NCBI GenBank assembly: GCA_963798215.1
Contig: CAWCSP010000004.1
Span: 6,751 to 70,750, forward strand
Source: an uncultured Acidobacteriota bacterium
Lineage (GTDB): Bacteria; Acidobacteriota; Thermoanaerobaculia; UBA5066
Direction of reading: 5' to 3'
DNA: 64,000 bases
The position numbers and the translations under genes were made by a program. The notes beneath the pieces were generated by a model. That model was not told the origin of the DNA and did no database searches. It saw only the letters and a program-made list of their open reading frames with translations. Position 1 is the first letter of the stretch. Each line of letters begins with the position of its first letter. Of the stretch, positions 1 to 9,472 are shown one piece after another.

Positions 1-185
1 CCGACGTGGAGCTCCGTCCGCTTTCTGTCCGTGTACCCCTGCCGAAAGCAGCCGAAAGAAGGGGAAAGCGGGGGCTCTCAACCCCCGCTTTTCAGTGCTT
101 TAGCCGCAGCTGACGGCAGGGTTCGGCGACCGGGACGGACTACGGATCAAAAGGTTGCGGGTTCGACTCCTGCTGGGCGCACCAT
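1..185 (+). ncRNA. ssrA: tmRNA (SsrA) 3' portion; 5' part lies before the window start
   Basis: The 3' end gcgggttcgactcctgctgggcgcacca closely matches the E. coli tmRNA T-arm/acceptor 3' strand (gcgggttcaactcccgccagctccacca). Upstream, gccgcagctgacggcagg resembles the tmRNA pk4 region. No 5' acceptor complement is in the window, so this is not a standalone tRNA. Confidence 0.6.
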
Positions 186-325
186 CTAACTCCCAAATTC
201 CCTCGGCCTCTTCGACGTGCGTCTCACGGCCGCTTGGCTTTCCGTGCGAGCCCGGAGTTTGACTCGGTGCAGGAACGGGCATATACGCTGCGCATCAAAC
301 CCTGAACTCGCAAAGGAGCCTGAAG

Positions 326-877
326 GTGAGATCACGCCCGATCGCCGTCTCCGTGCTTTTTCTCGTCGGCCTCGCATTCCTCGCGACGATGCGCCTCGTG
401 CAGGCCGCCCCGATAAACCCCCTGCATCTCGCCGGAATGGCTGTTGCCGGCGCCCCGGTGTCCTTCTCGGTCACAGGAGCGCCTGCGAGTTCGTCGATTC
501 GAATCGTCGTGATCCCCGGCGGACTGGCCGTTCGGAGCGGCCCCGCACCGCTGAACGGGTTCGGGTGTTACAGCGGGACGCCGGCTCCTCTCGGCTTTGC
601 CGATGCCACGACCGACGCCTCGGGTAACGTGGGTCCTACCGTGGTCTGGGCCTCGGCAACGCCGGGTCAATACACGGCCTACCTCCTCCAGGGGACCTGT
701 GCCGGGGTCAGCACGGGCGGCCGGAGCATGCAGGCGTCCACGGACGCGCGCATCGTGGGCGCAGACGGCTTCTCCATCGCCGAGTCGGTGCCCGCCCTGT
801 CCGTTTGGGGCTTCGCCGCCCTCGGCCTCGCCCTCTCGTTCGCAGGCTGGGCCTTCCTGTCCCGCGCCCGTGCCTAG
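326..877 (+). CDS. secreted hypothetical protein with a PEP-CTERM-like C-terminal hydrophobic anchor
   Basis: GTG start 8 nt after AGGAG. N-terminal signal peptide (MRSRPIAVSVLFLVGLAFLATMRLVQA). C-terminal VPALSVWGFAALGLALSFAGWAFLSRARA is a TM helix followed by basic residues. Confidence 0.55.
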   Translation: MRSRPIAVSVLFLVGLAFLATMRLVQAAPINPLHLAGMAVAGAPVSFSVTGAPASSSIRIVVIPGGLAVRSGPAPLNGFGCYSGTPAPLGFADATTDASGNVGPTVVWASATPGQYTAYLLQGTCAGVSTGGRSMQASTDARIVGADGFSIAESVPALSVWGFAALGLALSFAGWAFLSRARA

Positions 878-931
878 CCGCCTCGCGCCGGTAGGCGTGG
901 CGCCCCGTCTCGCGGCAGAATCGGACGAGAG

Positions 932-1510
932 GTGGCCATGAAGGGATCGCGGCCCCCGGGTCTTCTGGTCGGCTCGATCGTCCTGCTCGCGTCCGGGTGC
1001 GGGTCGCACCTTCTCGAGGTGAAGGCCGTGCCCGATGCGCGCGACTATGCGACGTGCCCTTCCGGAGGCGGCTCGAAGATCACCGGGACGACGTTCGCGC
1101 GGACGAAGAACGGCGATCTCGTCTTCGGGGCCGGGCGGGACGTCTTCCTCGATCCGTCGACCCGGTACTCGACGGCGGTTTTCCGAACCGTCGTGGACCG
1201 CCAGAACAAGGTCGGCTACTTCGACTCGGAGAAGGACACCGGGACCGTCGTGCCGGATGCCGTCATGCTCAAGTGCCGCAGGACCGCCGTGGCGGACGCC
1301 GACGGCAAGTTTGCATTCGAGAACGTCCCGCCCGGCCCGTACATCGTCTCGTCGTATCTCTCGTGGTTGAGGGGGGACGGAAAGGGCGATTGGGTCGGAA
1401 GCTGGAACGTGAGCGCGGTGGTGGTCCCGGGCGACGGGAAGAACCTCGACTTCGTCCTGAGCGGCGTCCCGGAGAAGCTCCCGGACGCGCCCGCCCGGCG
1501 GGCGCCGTGA
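932..1510 (+). CDS. lipoprotein with carboxypeptidase-regulatory-like domain
   Basis: Lipobox LLASGC. The motif GKFAFENVPPGPYIV is typical of CarboxypepD_reg-like domains. RBS-like gagaggtgg precedes the ATG. Confidence 0.6.
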   Translation: MAMKGSRPPGLLVGSIVLLASGCGSHLLEVKAVPDARDYATCPSGGGSKITGTTFARTKNGDLVFGAGRDVFLDPSTRYSTAVFRTVVDRQNKVGYFDSEKDTGTVVPDAVMLKCRRTAVADADGKFAFENVPPGPYIVSSYLSWLRGDGKGDWVGSWNVSAVVVPGDGKNLDFVLSGVPEKLPDAPARRAP

Positions 1511-1536
1511 CGGCCCTAATCCCGTAATCTCGGGGC

Positions 1537-2013
<477 letters not shown>

Positions 2014-2817
2014 GGGCGCGTTCGACGCCCCCGAAGCGCCCGCGCTGCGCTGCCCGTCCTGCGGGGCCCCGGCGCGCGAAGGGGACCGCGCGTGCGCCCA
2101 CTGCGGGTCGCTCCTTTCGACGCGGCGCTGCGTCGAGTGCTTCGCGCTCTCCCCGCGCGACGCCGAGAAGTGCGTCCGCTGCGGCGCGCTTCTTCCCGCC
2201 GAGTCCCTGAAGGCGTCCGCGGGAGCCTGCCCGGACTGCAAGGCCGCGTTCGTCGCGCGCCAGGCGGGCGCGGCCGGCTTCTCCGAGTGCCCGCGCTGCG
2301 GCGGGCTCTTCCTGACGCGCGAGTCGTTCGACGCCGTCGTGAAGGACGCGGCGACGCGCGAAAGGGCGCGCGCCCTCGACGAGGCGCCCGGGCCGGCCGC
2401 GCCCGAGCACGGCTTCCATTACCGCCCGTGCCCGGTCTGCCGGAAGCTCATGAACCGGTCGAACTTCGGCGGAGGCTCGGGCGTGATCCTGGACGTCTGC
2501 GGCCCGCACGGCGTCTTCCTCGACCGCGGCGAGCTCACGCGCGTCGTGGACTTCATCGAGAAGGGCGGCTGGGAGAAGGTGAAGAAGCGCGAGAAACAGA
2601 GGATGGAAGAAGAAATATCTGCTTTGGAAAGTAGAAAGTCGGGAGGCCCCGGCCTCGAGGCGCCGCCTGTCGGCGGGCTGGCGGACGTGCTCGGGTTCCT
2701 CGCGTCGATCCTGAAGTCCTGAGAGCCGGCTCCTCGAGGCGAACGGCTGCGCCCCCGGTTTCTCGTCTCCTTGACGCCCAACGCGGTTCGGGAGATCCTC
2801 CCCCTTCCGCCGCTCGC

Positions 2818-2907
2818 GGACAGGTGTCCGAGTGGTTTAAGGAGCACGGTTGGAAGCCGTGTGTAGCCGAGAGGTTACCGTGGGTTCGAATCCCACCCTG
2901 TCCGCCA
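2818..2907 (+). tRNA. tRNA-Ser (anticodon GGA)
   Basis: Acceptor ggacagg/cctgtcc. Anticodon loop ttGGAag. Long variable arm. T-arm gtgggttcgaatcccac. Discriminator g then CCA encoded. Confidence 0.9.
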
Positions 2908-3000
2908 GTTTTTCGCTGCTTCGAGGTCAGCCCCGGCACACGGTGTGCACTCCCTGCCGGGGGTGCGTCCGTTCCGGCACCTCCGAAAGGGGTCCTCAAG

Positions 3001-3450
3001 ATGAAGCGCACGCCCGCCGCCGCCGTTCTCGCCGCGATCCTCGCCACGCCCGCCTTCGCCGCGGGCCCCCTGCTCGAGAAGGACGTCGACGTCCCGCGCG
3101 ACACGCGGATCGAAGTCGGCCTCGCCTGGGAGAAGTGCTCGTTGATCGACGTCGAGTCGCACAACGCGCCGGACGCGAAGACGGTCGAGGCCGCGAAGGC
3201 GAACGACCCGAAGGACCTCACGTTTCTCCTCGTGCGCTTCCGCTACGCAAACACCGACTGGGTCGACCATCGCGTCCGGCTCCGGGCCGTCCTCCTCGAC
3301 GCCGACGGCAACGTCGTCGGGGACGCGGGGCGGACCGCGACGATGGACAAGGGCCAGAAAGACGACACGATCAGCTTCCCGATGAAGATCAAGACCGTCG
3401 ACTGGCCCGCCGCGAAGAAACTCCACGTCTCGGCCAGCTTCCTCAAGTAG
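3001..3450 (+). CDS. secreted hypothetical protein (paralog of 47620-48099)
   Basis: ATG after gaaagggg. Signal peptide MKRTPAAAVLAAILATPAFAAG. C-terminal RTATMDKGQKDDTISFPMKIKTV aligns with RTATLDKGKIDDTNSMFVKMYT of the minus-strand gene at 47.6 kb. Confidence 0.65.
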   Translation: MKRTPAAAVLAAILATPAFAAGPLLEKDVDVPRDTRIEVGLAWEKCSLIDVESHNAPDAKTVEAAKANDPKDLTFLLVRFRYANTDWVDHRVRLRAVLLDADGNVVGDAGRTATMDKGQKDDTISFPMKIKTVDWPAAKKLHVSASFLK

Positions 3451-3499
3451 CGCGACTGCCCGCCGCCGCGGGCGGAATCTGTCAAGATGTGTGTGATCG

Positions 3500-6457
3500 A
3501 TGAACGTGCGCCCGTACCGGTTCGCCGCCATCCTCGCAGCGTTCCTCCTCGGCCGGTGCGAGGCGCCCGCGCTCGACCCGCACAAGGCGCTCACCCAATA
3601 CGGGATCCAGACCTGGGGTACGGACGAAGGGCTGCCCGAGAGCTGGGCGAGGGCGATCCGCCAGACGCGGGACGGCTATCTGTGGATCGGCACCCAGGAA
3701 GGTCTGGCGCGATTCGACGGCGTGCGGTTCACGGTCTTCGACAAGCAGACGGTTCCGCAGATGCGAAGCCAGTCGATTCTGTGCCTTCTCGAGAGCCGCG
3801 ACGGAGCCCTCTGGATCGGGACGGGTGGCGGCGGCGTTCTCCGCTATGAGGGAGGCGCGTTCACGGCGTACGGAAAGGCCGACGGGCTCCCGGACGACGA
3901 CGTCTGGAGTCTGCTCGAGGACCGCCAGGGACGGATCTGGATCGGGACCGCGACCGGGGCCTGCCGCTTCGAAGGAGGGAGGATCGTCGCCGCTCACGAG
4001 GGGGGCGACGTCCTGTCGAAGAAGTTCATCGTGGCGATGTGCGAGGCCGACGGCGCGATCTGGTTCGGGACCGACAGGGACGGCCTGATCCGGCTCGCCT
4101 CCGACGGCGTTCGAATCCTCACGACGAAGGACGGACTGCCGGACGACCGGATCCGCTGTCTCTATCCCGAGCCGGATGGCACTCTCTGGATCGGGACGCG
4201 CGGAGGAGGCGTGGGGCGGCTCAAGGCGGGGACGATCACGCGCTTTCCGACCGCGAAGGGCGCCTGGGCGAACATCGGCAACTCCGCGATCTGGCGCGAT
4301 CGGAACGGCAGTCTCTGGGTGGGAACGCGTGGGGGAGGCCTGCTGCGGCTCAGAGGCGACGGATTCGAAGCGGTCGGAAAGAAGGTGCTCGGGAGCGACT
4401 CGGTCAGCGCCGTTCTCGAGGATCGCGAGGGGAACCTCTGGGTCGGAACCCAGGGCGTGGGGCTCGTCCGGCTGATGGACGGCGGTTTCGTTCCCTTCGG
4501 CCAGCCGGAAGGCCTCGCCGACGAGAATCTCCTCCCGATCATCGAGGACCGCGAGGGCTCTCTCTGGCTCGGCAGCTACGGCGGCGGCCTCTTCCGGTTC
4601 TCCGGCGGAAAGTTCACGAGCTTCACGACCAGGGACGGCCTCTCCAGCGACGTCGTGCTCTCGCTCGCCGTTGGGGCCGACGGCAGCCTCTGGATCGGCA
4701 CCGACGGCGGCGGACTGAACCGCCTGAGGAACGGGCGCTTCACTCGATACGGGGCGGCGCAGGGAATTCCGAACGACCGCGTGGCGGCCCTCCTGGAGAC
4801 TCGCGAGGGACTCTGGATCGGCACTCTCGGCGGCGGCCTGGCGCGGCTCGCCGACGGGAAGATCACCCGCGTCCCGCCGGCTCGAGACGCCTCGAAACAG
4901 GAAAACATCCTCGCGCTCACCGAGGCCTCGGATGGAAGCCTCTGGGTCGGCACCGACGGCGGAGGGCTCGCGCGCCTGGCGAACGGGTCATGGAAGGTCT
5001 ACACGAAGGTGGACGGGCTGCCCGGCGACTCCGTTTTCGCCATCCTGCAGGACGCATCGGGTGTCCTGTGGATCGGCACGGAAAACGGCATCGCCCGCCT
5101 CCGCGACGGCAGGCTGGCTGCGGTCACGACGCGTGAGGGGCTCTTCGATGGAGGCGTCTCGCAGATCCTGGACGCGGAGGGTTCTCTCTGGGTGAGCAAC
5201 AACAAGGGCGTCTTCCGCGTCGCCAAGAAAGATCTGAATGACGTGATGGACGGGCACCGGGCGCGCGTCGACCCCAAGGCCTTCGGCAAGAGCGACGGAA
5301 TGCGGAGCAGCGAGTGCAACGGCGGAGGACAGCCCGCCGGGTGCAAGTCGCGCGATGGACGGCTCTGGTTCCCGACCGTCCGCGGCGCCGTCGCGGTGAA
5401 TCCGCGGGGCCTGCAGCCGAACCGCCTTCCTCCTCCCGTCGCCGTCGAGTCGATCTCGGTGGACGGAAAAGCGCTCACGGCGCAGACGGATCGGACGGCG
5501 CCGCCCGGACAGGGAAACCTGGAGATCCAGTACACGGCTCTCAGCTTCGTGGATCCCGCCCGGGTGCGGTTCCAGTACCGCCTGGAAGGCTTCGACGCCG
5601 ACTGGATCGACGCCGGCACACGGCGCGTCGCCTACTACACCCACGCACCGCCCGCGCACTACCGATTTCGCGTGAGGGCCTGCAACAACGACGGAGTCTG
5701 GAACGCGGAGGGCGCCGAGCTGTCGTTCACCCTCAAGCCCCATTTCTACCAGAACGCGTGGTTCATCGCGCTCTGCGCGGCGGCTGTCGGACTCGCCGGA
5801 GTCACGACGTATCGCAGCCGCGTTCGGGAGCTGGAGCGGCGTAAGGTGGAGCTGACGAATCTCGTGGCCGAGCGCACGCAGCAGCTCGAGGAACGCAGCC
5901 GGCAGCTCGAGGAAGCCAACCGGGTTCTCGAGGGACTCTCGGCCCGCGACGGGCTGACGGGCGTGGCGAACCGGCGTCACTTCGACGAAGTCCTCGGCCG
6001 GGAGTGGCGCCGGGCCGCGCGCGAGCGAACGGCCCTGTCTCTCGTCCTCGCCGACGTGGACCACTTCAAGATGTACAACGACAACTACGGACACCTGAGA
6101 GGCGACGACTGCCTGAAGACGCTCGCGGAGACTCTCGCCGGAACGCTCAGCCGTCCGAGCGATCTGTGCGCGCGGTACGGAGGCGAAGAGTTCGCCGTGA
6201 TCCTGCCGAACACCGACGAGGCCGGAGCGTTCAAGGTGGGCGAGCGACTCAGGGAAGCCGTCGAAGAGCGCCGGCTGGAGCACGCTCACTCACCCACGGC
6301 CGCCCACGTCACCATGAGCGTCGGGGTGGCCACCGTCTGGCCGCTGGACGATGGAGCCGATCCCCTGTCTCTCGTTGCGGCGGCGGATCTGGCCCTCTAC
6401 GAGGCCAAGGGGAAGGGACGAAATCGCGCCTGTTCCAGGGGTGTGACCAGCCTCTGA
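3500..6457 (+). CDS. sensor diguanylate cyclase: periplasmic two-component-regulator propeller repeats, Y_Y_Y domain, TM segment, coiled coil and GGDEF domain
   Basis: Signal peptide. Repeated LWIGTxxGL propeller motifs. Y_Y_Y region FRVRACNNDGVWN. GGDEF active site RYGGEEFAVILP. One clean 985-aa ORF. Confidence 0.85.
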   Translation: MNVRPYRFAAILAAFLLGRCEAPALDPHKALTQYGIQTWGTDEGLPESWARAIRQTRDGYLWIGTQEGLARFDGVRFTVFDKQTVPQMRSQSILCLLESRDGALWIGTGGGGVLRYEGGAFTAYGKADGLPDDDVWSLLEDRQGRIWIGTATGACRFEGGRIVAAHEGGDVLSKKFIVAMCEADGAIWFGTDRDGLIRLASDGVRILTTKDGLPDDRIRCLYPEPDGTLWIGTRGGGVGRLKAGTITRFPTAKGAWANIGNSAIWRDRNGSLWVGTRGGGLLRLRGDGFEAVGKKVLGSDSVSAVLEDREGNLWVGTQGVGLVRLMDGGFVPFGQPEGLADENLLPIIEDREGSLWLGSYGGGLFRFSGGKFTSFTTRDGLSSDVVLSLAVGADGSLWIGTDGGGLNRLRNGRFTRYGAAQGIPNDRVAALLETREGLWIGTLGGGLARLADGKITRVPPARDASKQENILALTEASDGSLWVGTDGGGLARLANGSWKVYTKVDGLPGDSVFAILQDASGVLWIGTENGIARLRDGRLAAVTTREGLFDGGVSQILDAEGSLWVSNNKGVFRVAKKDLNDVMDGHRARVDPKAFGKSDGMRSSECNGGGQPAGCKSRDGRLWFPTVRGAVAVNPRGLQPNRLPPPVAVESISVDGKALTAQTDRTAPPGQGNLEIQYTALSFVDPARVRFQYRLEGFDADWIDAGTRRVAYYTHAPPAHYRFRVRACNNDGVWNAEGAELSFTLKPHFYQNAWFIALCAAAVGLAGVTTYRSRVRELERRKVELTNLVAERTQQLEERSRQLEEANRVLEGLSARDGLTGVANRRHFDEVLGREWRRAARERTALSLVLADVDHFKMYNDNYGHLRGDDCLKTLAETLAGTLSRPSDLCARYGGEEFAVILPNTDEAGAFKVGERLREAVEERRLEHAHSPTAAHVTMSVGVATVWPLDDGADPLSLVAAADLALYEAKGKGRNRACSRGVTSL

Positions 6458-6726
6458 ACCCGTGCGCTGCAGCGGCTGATCCGACCGGCAACGCAAGAAA
6501 TCCGGCGGTTTCTTGGCCTGCGACGCAATATTTTTCGCTGAGTGCATCGCGCCAGCCGATCCTCATCCTCTTGGTTCATGCGTGTAAACGCATGCAATGA
6601 AGCGTCTTATACGAAAGTTGATGGCTCCGGGCCCCATGGCAGTTGCCTTGCTAACGTTTAGGAGGGCTCAGCGCTCGCGCAAAGAGTCTGACTTGTCGCA
6701 AGGCAAGGGGTCGAAGGAGGAAACGT

Positions 6727-6792
6727 CATGGATCTGCTCTTCATCATCCTCGGCATCCTCGCCGCCTGGAGGGGCGGCGGCGGCGGAAACTA
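6727..6792 (+). CDS. candidate small hydrophobic peptide (21 aa, MDLLFIILGILAAWRGGGGGN)
   Basis: Perfect SD aaggagga lies 6 nt upstream of the ATG. One TM-like helix then a Gly5 tail. Preceded by inverted repeats (ttgccttgc...gcaaggcaa). Confidence 0.35.
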
Positions 6793-6863
6793 AGAGAAAC
6801 GAGCCGCTCCGCGCCGACCTGCGTTCGTTCGGTCCGCGCACGCTCATTCCGGCGAGCGTCCCC

Positions 6864-6869
6864 TATAAT
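6864..6869 (+). promoter_or_regulatory. TATAAT -10-like box upstream of tRNA-Ser(CGA)
   Basis: ccctataatc lies 27 nt upstream of the tRNA 5' end. No good -35 was found. Confidence 0.25.
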
Positions 6870-6895
6870 CCGCGGCTCCGATCGGCCTGACCCGC

Positions 6896-6985
6896 GGTGA
6901 GGTGCTGGAGTGGTTGATCAGGACGGTCTCGAAAACCGTTTTACCCGAAAGGGTAACGTGGGTTCGAATCCCACCCTCACCGCCA
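6896..6985 (+). tRNA. tRNA-Ser (anticodon CGA)
   Basis: Acceptor ggtgagg/cctcacc. Anticodon stem acggt/accgt with loop ctCGAaa. Long variable arm tacccgaaagggta. Same T-arm as the other Ser tRNA. CCA encoded. Confidence 0.9.
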
Positions 6986-6986
6986 T

Positions 6987-7817
6987 TCAAGCCTTGCGCG
7001 CCTCGCCGGGGGCGCCCTTCCATCGGTCGTGGAGCCAGAGCCAGTTGTGCGGCCGCCGCCTGACGGACTCCTCGATTCGCACGGTCCAGGCCGCAACGTC
7101 CTTCTCCTGGTCCCCCGTCGAAGGGTAAGGGCCCGAGAAGACAGCCGCGTGGCGGCCAGTGCCCTCGCGCCAGAACTCGAGGAAGTGGACCGGGAGGCCC
7201 GTCTTGGCCGCGGCGACCGCGACCGCGGGGGACGTCAGCGCGAGCCGGCCGAAGAACGGCACGGCGATGCCGCTCCTGAGCCGCTGGTCGATCACGAACG
7301 TCACGGCACATCCTTCGCCGAGAAGCTCGAGCGCCCGCTTCATCGCGCCGAACCTGTTCGGGATGAGGCCGAGGCCGAAGGACTTGCGGACGCGCTCGAT
7401 GATCGCGGCGACCGCCTTCGACCGCGGGATCTTCACGACCGCGTGGCCGTCGATTTCCGTCCGGCGCGCGAGAAGCGGGCCGACGAGGTCCCACGAGCCG
7501 AGGTGGCCCATGAAGACGACGGTTCCCAGGCCCCGCCGGCAGCGCTCGGCGATCACGTCGTCGCCCTCGACGGCGAGCGCGACGCTCCCGGGAACGTGCT
7601 CCTCGCGGAAGAGCTCGAAGTAGCCGAGAACGAGGCCGGCCATCATCCGGCGGAGCGGAGCGCCCGGCGGAACGCCCGGAAACGCGCTCCGGAAGTTGCG
7701 GACCGCGAGGCTTTTCCGGATCGGCACGACGAGCCACCAGAGCCACGCCGCGAACCTCGAGAACCCCGCGGCCACGGGGAGAGGCGTGCGGGCCATGATC
7801 CACGCGACGAGCGTCAT
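6987..7817 (-). CDS. lysophospholipid / lipid A-type acyltransferase (LpxL/HtrB family)
   Basis: N-terminal TM segment and a C-terminal HNWLWLHDRWK-type motif typical of the LpxL/LPLAT family. 276 aa. Confidence 0.7.
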   Translation of the reverse strand: MTLVAWIMARTPLPVAAGFSRFAAWLWWLVVPIRKSLAVRNFRSAFPGVPPGAPLRRMMAGLVLGYFELFREEHVPGSVALAVEGDDVIAERCRRGLGTVVFMGHLGSWDLVGPLLARRTEIDGHAVVKIPRSKAVAAIIERVRKSFGLGLIPNRFGAMKRALELLGEGCAVTFVIDQRLRSGIAVPFFGRLALTSPAVAVAAAKTGLPVHFLEFWREGTGRHAAVFSGPYPSTGDQEKDVAAWTVRIEESVRRRPHNWLWLHDRWKGAPGEARKA

Positions 7818-7833
7818 GCGCCGGTGTCCGCGG

Positions 7834-9429
7834 TCAGCGCCCCTCGAGCTCCGGCGCGAAGAGGCGGTCGCGGTCGTCGAGCTCGTCGAGGAACGCGTCG
7901 TCCCGCGTCGCGCCGTCGGCCATCTTCGCGAGGCGCCAGAAGTCGCGCACGTGGCCCGCGATGCGCGCGTCGGCGTAGTCGCGCGAGACCTCGTTGTCGA
8001 TCAGGAACGGCCAGTCGCTGGACTGCAGGAGGAGGGCCTGCCGCTCGAGCGCCGCGAAGAGGCGCGGCGGGATCGCGGTCCTCGTGGCCTCGAATCTCTC
8101 GATCGCGAGCTCGGTGGCGCTCACTTCCTTCCAGTACGGCACGGTGTGCTCGTTCCACCAGACCTGGAAGTCGCCGCCGCGGCCCCACGTGCCGGCCGGC
8201 ATCCGGATGCCCTCGGGGCGCGTCGCGGCGAGGGCCTCGCTCGCCGTCCGGGGCACGATGCCCTCGCGGCCCGCGAGCTTCTCGAAGACGGCCGCAAGGA
8301 ACTCGATGCCCTCGAACCACCAGTGGCCGAAGAGCTCGAAGTCGAACATCGCGACGACGGTCGCCGCCTCGCCGTTTGGAAGCGTCGGCGCGCTCTCGAG
8401 GAGATGGACGAAGTGCGTCGCGTGCGAGTCCAGCGCCCCGGCGATGGCGGCGGGCTCGTACGGGAGCTTGTCGCCGAGGTCGAGGCGGGAGTCCGTCACG
8501 CGCCAGTAGCGGTGGCCGCTCGGCGCGCGCTTCTTGTGAAACTCGAGGTACCGGCCGTCGCCCGGGTAACCGACCTTGCCGGACCACACCTGCTGCGAGG
8601 AGAGAGGGTCGCGCGCGAGGACGCCCACGCGTCCGCCGTCCGAGGCCCGGACCGCGTGGAGCCGGTAGGGCGTCGAGCCGCCCTCCGGCGTCTCGACGAC
8701 GCCGCCGTACGCGGGCTCGTGCCGCCCGCCCTTGACGAGGTGCGTCTCGACGAAGAAGAAGCCGACGTCGCGTGCCGAGAGGAAGTCCTCGAGGCCGCAC
8801 CGCGTCTCGACGTGCCCGTCCGCGGGGGACACCCACGCGCCCGCCGGACGGTACGCGCACTCGGGGAGCCAGATTCCGCGCGCCTTCCGGCCGAAGTGCC
8901 GCGCGTGCGCGGCGAGGCCGACGTCGAGCTGGCGCTCGATCGCGCGGTCGTTCGGGAGGAGCGGGAGAAACCCGTGCGTCGCCGCCGACGCGATCATCTC
9001 GAGCGCGCCGCGCTCGGCGAGCCGGCGGAAGGCGGGCAGGAGGCCGCCCTCGCGCGCGGCGAAGTCCGCCCGCGCGTCCTCGTAGAACGTCACCCAGAAC
9101 TCCGCGACGGCGACGGCCGCGGCGTCGCCCTTCGCGGCCAGGGGCGCGATGTCGGCCCGGGCCGCGTCCGCTCGCTGCGCGAGGTACGCGTCGAAGCCGG
9201 GGCCGAAACGCGCATCCGTGAGTTGCTCGCAGAGGATGGGCGTCATTCCCACGGTCGCCTTGAGCGGTACGCCCCGGTCGAGGAGGCGCTCGGCGGCCCC
9301 GAGGAACGGGAGGTACGTCTCGGCGACGGCCTCGTAGAGCCAGTTCGCGCCGTGCGGCCACGTCCCGTGCCCGAGAACGTCGGGGAGGTGCCCGTGCAGG
9401 ACGAGGACGAACGCTGTCGGAGGTCGCAT
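7834..9429 (-). CDS. GH57 family 1,4-alpha-glucan branching enzyme-like protein
   Basis: The N-terminus MRPPTAFVLVLHGHLP is typical of GH57 branching enzymes. The ORF-track N-terminal extension to 9537 is low-complexity and probably not translated. Confidence 0.8.
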   Translation of the reverse strand: MRPPTAFVLVLHGHLPDVLGHGTWPHGANWLYEAVAETYLPFLGAAERLLDRGVPLKATVGMTPILCEQLTDARFGPGFDAYLAQRADAARADIAPLAAKGDAAAVAVAEFWVTFYEDARADFAAREGGLLPAFRRLAERGALEMIASAATHGFLPLLPNDRAIERQLDVGLAAHARHFGRKARGIWLPECAYRPAGAWVSPADGHVETRCGLEDFLSARDVGFFFVETHLVKGGRHEPAYGGVVETPEGGSTPYRLHAVRASDGGRVGVLARDPLSSQQVWSGKVGYPGDGRYLEFHKKRAPSGHRYWRVTDSRLDLGDKLPYEPAAIAGALDSHATHFVHLLESAPTLPNGEAATVVAMFDFELFGHWWFEGIEFLAAVFEKLAGREGIVPRTASEALAATRPEGIRMPAGTWGRGGDFQVWWNEHTVPYWKEVSATELAIERFEATRTAIPPRLFAALERQALLLQSSDWPFLIDNEVSRDYADARIAGHVRDFWRLAKMADGATRDDAFLDELDDRDRLFAPELEGR

Positions 9430-9472
9430 GAAGGGCGGCGATTCTACGCCGCGCGCAACTCGGGAATGCCTC

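Noticed and set aside
95-125. gctttagccgcagctga read as the tmRNA tag-peptide end (ALAA-stop)
   Set aside because: The frame does not terminate as required. The position is too close to the 3' end. The segment corresponds to the pk4 region, and the real tag reading frame lies upstream of the window.
100-185. Stand-alone tRNA at 100-185
   Set aside because: A T-arm and CCA end are present, but no 5' acceptor strand complementary to tgggcgc exists within 90 nt. The sequence matches the tmRNA 3' domain instead.
6597-6890. 97-aa ORF covering the GGDEF-tRNA intergenic region
   Set aside because: No RBS and a Ser/Ala-rich low-complexity translation. It overlaps, in another frame, the much better supported 21-codon ORF with a perfect SD.
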